From assembly GCA_964035545.1 (NCBI GenBank), contig OZ037769.1:4941929-5005928 (forward strand): 64,000 nucleotides of DNA. Direction: 5' to 3'. Below, piece after piece: positions 11,301 to 64,000 of this stretch. Numbering within the stretch: position 1 is the first letter of the stretch; each line of letters starts with the position of its first letter. The notes beneath the pieces were generated by a model. It searched no databases. It worked only from the letters and a program-made list of their open reading frames with translations, and was not told where the DNA came from. The position numbers and the translations under genes are program-made. Origin of the DNA: Bugula neritina. Taxonomy: Eukaryota; Animalia; Bryozoa.

Positions 11301-14300
11301 AGCAGGAAACATACTTTCTAAGTTAATTAGTGTTACAATCTTTAAAATTCAATTTATTTTTTAGTTTGAATAAGAGTAAACTCCTTTGTTAACTTTTTAA
11401 TTTTTACCAGCAATTCTGTAGTAAATAGTCCATTAACTTCTAGTGGTTATAGAGAGAATCTATTTTTAATCTAATCTAATTATTGGTAAAAAAATTTTAT
11501 TTATGTTAATTTTTGCAAGCAATTTTGTAGTAAATAGTCCTAGTTGTAGTAGTTCTAGAGAGAATTCATAGTCACTAGTTGATGGAATACTAACTCTTTT
11601 CTGTTCACTCAGGGAGATCCTACGGTCTGAAGGTCAGTCGAGTGAAGAAAGCAGAAGATGCCGGAAAATATTCTGTGTCGGCTAGTAACTCATTTGGCCA
11701 ATGTGAGACATCTTTCAACTTAGAGGTCATTGGTAAGTTTATCAGTGATATCTCATCAACTTTAGCACTTTATAAGGGTCCGGTACTTGAATTGTTTCAT
11801 TATTATTATTAACAAGTTGAATATTTATTTGTTCTAATTGGTATAAGATCTAGGTTGTAGTAGCAGAGTTCATGTTGCAGTAAAACAAAATTATTGGCTG
11901 AAGAGAAATAATTCCTTAATAAAACCTCTTTAAATCGTTTTAGTCTCCTATACTAAAAAAAACCTTTTTTGTCGTAATGAATTTGATTTAGTTGTGAGCT
12001 TGATTTGAAATTGCAAATGAACTTTACATAGTTCTTTTGTTATTATGTAGTGGAGCATTATGTAATTTTATTTAGTATTCTATTTGAGTCAGCATCTACC
12101 TATATCTGTATTATATTTTTAGCCGAAACTCCTCTTAATGTGCCTAAAGTCCATCTAGATATTCCTACGAAGAAGGTTGAGTTGATAGAGGTGGAGAAGC
12201 CAAACTTAGAGCGAAAGCCGTATTTCTCGCTCCCCCTAAGGGACAGGTTCATACAAGAAAAAGATGACTTCAAGCTGACGGCTACTATAGACAGTGATGT
12301 GCTGCCTTTACCAAAAGTATGCTTTAATTTTTCTATTTCGTCAAAATTTTGAAATTATTTTAGAAAATGTTCTTAGATATTGCAAGAACTTTTAAATTAG
12401 GACTTAGTTGCTGCATATTTTTTATCTCACAGCTTACATATTTGCATATAATTTATCAATAATAGTATATACTTCAATTCCAAATTTTGAAATTATTTTA
12501 AAAAAATGTTTTTTAAGGTATTTCATGGAATTTCAAAGTAGGAGTTAACTGGTGCATATTTTATATTTTTAATCTCACAACTTGTTTACCAACATTTGTC
12601 AATAGTAATGTACTTCAATAATAATTGTTATGCTAATAACGGTGTAAGATATAACTCATTAAATCTTAAAGTAAGTAATGGTAACCAAATCAAAAATGAT
12701 ACTGTGGCAACTTTTGTTTATAGTTTTCCTGACTTAATTCTTTACTACTCCTTTGCTTTATAGATTTACTTCTTTTTTTCTTAAAGTTGTATTCTACTAG
12801 AACAACATTAGCCAATCACATAACCCATTTGTGTTGCAGATTCAGTGGTTGAAGGGTGGTAAGGGGATTAGTACTGGCACTAAGTACACATGTACTTACT
12901 CCTCAGGCAGATGCTCATTAGAGGTCTCTAATGCAGAGTTGACTGATGGCGGCAAGTATAGTTGCATAGCAACCAATAAACTAGGAGAGGCTGAGTGCTC
13001 TTGCACTGTAGAGATCAGCGGTAAGTGTAGTTAGACATCATGTTGTGATAGTAAGAACTGAACGGTAGTCTACTGTGTTAAGGGTGTAGAGCCAATCTAG
13101 GTACTACTTCCTACTAGATCTGTACATGGGATTAAACTAATACTCTTGAGCAAAGTCGTACACAACTCAGTTTAGATATCAGAAAGTATATTTTATAATT
13201 AATAATAATTTAATTTTAATTAATATTAAATATATTTTATTAATGATTTGTGTAAATTGGGAGCAGCAGTGGTATAGGGATTAGAGCGTTTGCTTAGCAA
13301 ATACAAAGTCATGGGCTCGAGCCCCAGCAAAAGCCATCGGTGATGTTAGGAAGAGCATCCAGTCATAACTTGTCTCTGTGCCTCATAGTCGTATATAAAT
13401 AAATCATTAGCCTGCTTAAAAAGCTCTTTTCCATCAGGAGTTTCTCACAGAGATGGTGACTATAAATTTGCACGAGTTTGTTATAATATACTAGTGAAGC
13501 TGGAATTTAAATCAAATTTTCATGCCTAACAGCTAGTGTAGACCTGAATTATTTCATTGACAGAATTTTTATATTAATTGTTGTGGTTGTTCATTGGAAG
13601 TTGCTGTTGACTCCTTGCAGAAGCGGTCAGGGGTCTGGCTAGAAGGTCATCCAGCATCCAGCCTTTGGGGTCATATTCAGTTACGCATGGTAGACACGGC
13701 AGCGGTGCTTTCCAGACCGACAGCAGTATGACCTCAACTTCGTACACCACTATGTCAGCGCATGGTGGTAGACGAGGCAGCGGTTCTGTATACTCAGACG
13801 GCTTGACATCGCTACGTGGTTCCTACGGCTCTATGTCACCAGCAAGTGTGAGAAGAGGCAGCGCTAGTAGCCTCAGCTCCTATAGTGTGTCTACTGTGGG
13901 TGGTGGAAGAAGGGCCCGAGTCTTGGATGAATTTTTGGATGGTAATTTAGTATCTTATTTGAAATGATGCCAAAGTGTTTTTGAACAGTAACTGAAACTC
14001 TACAGGAGTTGTCAGCCCATTGTTTTTGTTGAAGCTTACACTTTTATAACTTATCCATAATGCAAGACATTACTGAACGTCATACTGCCATACATGTTGG
14101 GCTTAGCTATTTATATCTTCACATGTATATCTTCATACTAACTACGCTAATTAACTTCAATCCAAGTGCTGTTACTTAAACTGAACACACAAAGTGATTT
14201 AAAGCAATGCTACGTTTAATCTGATGAGGATTTGATACAGCAGTTATCATAAAATTTGACTAATAAATATTTGAGTTGGGTTTGAAGTAACATACTGCCT

Positions 14301-14441
14301 TTAGTGATATTGTATCCATTTCCAATTTTGTTTGCAGGTCTAGGCCAGACCAGTACCTCCTCCACAAGTAATAAAACCACTCGCCAAGTTGGCGATACCA
14401 CCGTCACAGTTACTAAGAAAACCAGAGTGATTAAAATGTGA
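498..14441 (+). CDS. unc-22: Twitchin/projectin-like giant muscle protein kinase, 3' part (5'-truncated by window), 23 exons
   Basis: Exons joined in frame via GT-AG: 498-587, 961-1127, 1690-1828, 2024-2323, 2809-2920, 3270-3442, 4149-4312, 4467-4590, 4883-5048, 6018-6223, 7165-7258, 8355-8558, 8957-9098, 9238-9437, 9749-9901, 9986-10109, 10741-10846, 11063-11236, 11613-11732, 12123-12316, 12840-13020, 13621-13941, 14338-14441 (TGA 14439-14441). Ig/Fn3 order, the N-linker DYDKLYTDIW..PQP, the kinase motif TAEFAAPE and the tail PAIG..SNFSS.R are characteristic of twitchin-family kinases. Confidence 0.9.
1286..1340 (+). mobile_element. Internally deleted mini-copy of the tRNA-SINE
   Basis: gggagcagccgtgg (SINE 5' end) fused to tctcac..gtgactgtaaacttgcatgag (SINE 3' end). 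Confidence 0.6.
2809..6223 (+). CDS. Twitchin: Ig-Ig-Fn3 preceding the kinase (exons 2809-2920, 3270-3442, 4149-4312, 4467-4590, 4883-5048, 6018-6223)
   Basis: FECLVESSPHPDVSWFKG...DEDDYCVRV; LKIPFRANPKP.CKWLKDG...DGGVYQLELENNLG; LSWLAPTTDGGS...YQLRVSAGNLYG. Confidence 0.9.
3602..3750 (+). mobile_element. tRNA-derived SINE, 5' part
   Basis: A-box tggtgtagtgg, cctagtaaac loop, body gttaggaagagcatccagtcata. Confidence 0.75.
3816..4036 (-). mobile_element. Full-length tRNA-Thr(AGT)-headed SINE nested in another copy (host halves 3762-3815 and 4038-4123)
   Basis: Minus strand: gggagcagccgTGGTCTAGGGGttagagcgtttgccTAGTAAacgcgaagtaatgGGTTCGAATCC..; flanked by AGTGGAATAG / AGTAGAATAG. Confidence 0.85.
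4735..4870. repeat. Degenerate (tatacttgcta) repeats just upstream of an acceptor
   Basis: Several tacttgcta units ending ~15 nt before AG 4881-4882. Confidence 0.55.
5046..5372 (+). repeat. 32/39-bp tandem array (10 units, 135-bp higher-order period) starting at the functional donor
   Basis: Unit CAG|gtacttgtcttctttctagacactgtggg. Confidence 0.92.
6385..6475. repeat. 24-bp degenerate tandem repeat x4
   Basis: ataatactacgggaaa.ttagagt. Confidence 0.65.
6727..7176 (+). repeat. 41/36-bp tandem array (11 units, 200-bp higher-order period) ending in the functional acceptor
   Basis: Unit ctagctcatactgtatatacttatatcacatgtag|ATACTG. Confidence 0.92.
7165..10846 (+). CDS. Twitchin Ser/Thr kinase domain (CAMK/MLCK group) with C-terminal regulatory tail
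   Basis: ELGSGSFGVV, VAKF, RNE, HLDIKPEN, IDFGLA, TAEFAAPE, DMWAVGV, LSPF; the canonical catalytic Lys/Glu/Asp/Asn and DFG are all intact. Confidence 0.95.
8559..8618 (+). repeat. 15-bp tandem repeat x4 starting at the donor
   Basis: gtaagtcctgtgcta/ggaagttttgtaaca/gcaagtggtgtaaca/ggaagtcctgtaaca. Confidence 0.7.
10115..10292. repeat. Low-complexity (ctagtaacta) repeats after a donor
   Basis: Repeated tagtaactag/ttacta motifs. Confidence 0.55.
10458..10690. repeat. Imperfect (CA)n microsatellite
   Basis: CA/CG dinucleotide tract. Confidence 0.95.
11063..13020 (+). CDS. Twitchin: two post-kinase Ig domains (exons 11063-11236, 11613-11732, 12123-12316, 12840-13020)
   Basis: EAVPRFIVKP...VTWYHND...DAGKYSVSASNSFG; KPYFSLPLRDR...WLKGG...DGGKYSCIATNKLG. 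Confidence 0.9.
12340..12620. repeat. Degenerate ~140-bp tandem duplication
   Basis: caaaattttgaaattatttt...tgcatatttt..atctcaca...tacttcaat occurs twice. Confidence 0.65.
13259..13480 (+). mobile_element. tRNA-derived SINE, full length
   Basis: Co-linear with the 3816-4036 copy over ~220 bp. Confidence 0.85.
13621..14441 (+). CDS. Twitchin terminal exons: Ser/Gly/Thr-rich tail (13621-13941, 14338-14441)
   Basis: Good acceptors (ccttgcag, tttgcag); phase-1 junctions keep the frame; GC-richer than the flanking introns; ends VTKKTRVIKM-stop. Confidence 0.75.
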
Positions 14442-15435
14442 AAATGGCCGGTAAAAGATTAATTTGTTTGAATCATTTATAAAACTGTGGTTGCAATAGC
14501 TCTAGTTTTTTCCGAAACTTATTGTCGTAATTTCAGAGTTTATTATAGTTTTTGCTAACATGTTATACATCTGCTTTTTCCTGTGTGTGAGCTTATATCT
14601 CTTGATTTGGACTGTTCTCTCTTATTACTGGTTTAAGATACATTGTATACACATATCCTCTGTTGCTATGACAACTAGACCTTTTTATTGGATGCATACT
14701 GTTGGCATAGTAAGAATCCAGTAGTCGTTTTGAGTTTAGTATTTTCACTCCACTACCTCTAATGCTATCAACATTTTGATTATTAGGTACTGTTTGGAAT
14801 TTCACACCCTAACTTTTAATATTTGTGCTTAGCTATTTACAACAACCATACATAAAAATCTTGAAATTAGTGCTTCTTTTTCTATAAAACAGTTTCATTT
14901 GCTGATCTAGTTGTAAGTTATAATAAATTTGATCAGAATACCTGAACGTGTGAAAGAGAACTTGCCATAGAAATATATGTTTATTATACAAAGGAATAGA
15001 TAATATAGTGTTCAATGGTCTATTTGAAGATTAAAAGGTATTGAATTTGATTTATTTTTTGCTATATAAAATATCATTTTAATACTTATAATAATTTATA
15101 CATAGTATTCACAGACAATGATATGCAGAAGGACATACACTGGAATAGAAATGGAAAAGATGTGTCACATGAACAGAATAGATGAAATGCACCAACGTTG
15201 AGTCTGCTATGTTTTCAACATTGCAACTTGAAGTTACAAATTATTTTATAAAATAAGGCCTAAATTCTATCCCCTTACTGGGGTCTATATCCACCTCTTT
15301 CTTGCTTTCACTCTAAGCTGAAATATCATTTTGTTGGGTGCCTCTAATATCTTGATATGCAGTCAAATAAATTGTTCAATTCAAAAATATAATTTCAGTA
15401 ATTTGTAAAAGTTTATCTAGTATATAATGAATAAG

Positions 15436-63290
<47,855 letters not shown>

Positions 63291-64000
63291 CTGAAAACAG
63301 CAAAAGTATGATCATGATACAACAATGTATAGTATTTAAAGCTGTTGCAGGGCACACCAGCTGCAATGTGCATAATATATTAGTACAGGAGTCAGGGGAC
63401 ACAACTACTTATAACGATATATTAACCAGAAGGTGATGAATACTGATATTATATTTACTTTGGTACATGATTTATAGCACATAGACATAATATAATATAT
63501 TATACATATAATATATATTATACATCCCACATAATAATATATAAGCATGATTTGTAATATTTAATCTAATCATTATTGTTACCTATAGCCTTATAAACAT
63601 ATTATAGCATATAATATAAGTTATATAACATAATATTATAAATGCATAAAATGTTGTAACGTTACTATGCATGTTAATATCTTTAGCCAATACTTTCCAC
63701 ATATGTTAATGAAGATTTAATAGTTTTTCTTACCTGCAATCAGCTTTATTAGCTTGAAGTCATCTAACATAGTATTTTATATAACATTGGATCAACACAA
63801 TAAATCAAACAACTTTTTAGGAAATAATAATTCATGGATTACAACCATTCAGTTGATGGGACTTTACTTTAATCCCAGACGGGTTGAGGGGCATGAACCC
63901 CATAAATCAAATTTTATAACTCAAAATCTACTAGCGAAACTTTATTTACTAGCAAAGCCCTTTTACTATTACTGAACTACTTCAGTGTTCACCGGATTTA

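Noticed and set aside
63734-63763. Possible further cubilin exon ending cag|gtaag
   Set aside because: In-frame stops in the phase-0 frame required by the next exon

Overview
AT-rich, intron-dense genomic DNA from an invertebrate animal (species not determinable from sequence alone), carrying two convergent multi-exon genes. (1) + strand, 498-14441: the 3' end (23 exons) of a twitchin/UNC-22/projectin-type giant muscle kinase, ordered Ig-Fn3-Fn3-Ig-Ig-Fn3-kinase-Ig-Ig, followed by an unusual Ser-rich tail with clustered RRxS motifs. (2) - strand, 63290 down to 15436: an almost complete cubilin gene, with 70 exons traced by hand (N-terminal coiled-coil micro-exons, 8 EGF, 27 CUB). The splice phases join into one uninterrupted ORF; the 5' end lies beyond the window. 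Two main observations. (a) The first half of cubilin CUB8 is encoded by two tandem paralogous exons that are frame-incompatible, so they are candidate mutually exclusive exons. They differ at the Ca2+/ligand-binding acidic residues. (b) About 10 introns in the two genes carry tandem arrays whose terminal unit is the functional splice junction, which creates rows of decoy donors or acceptors. Also present: a tRNA-Thr(AGT)-headed SINE family (one nested inverted insertion with a TSD, one mini-derivative), two pairs of inverted dispersed repeats bracketing CUB exons, a 149-bp palindrome, and minisatellites with higher-order structure. Exon coordinates were derived manually from GT/AG sites and frame continuity and have no transcript support here.
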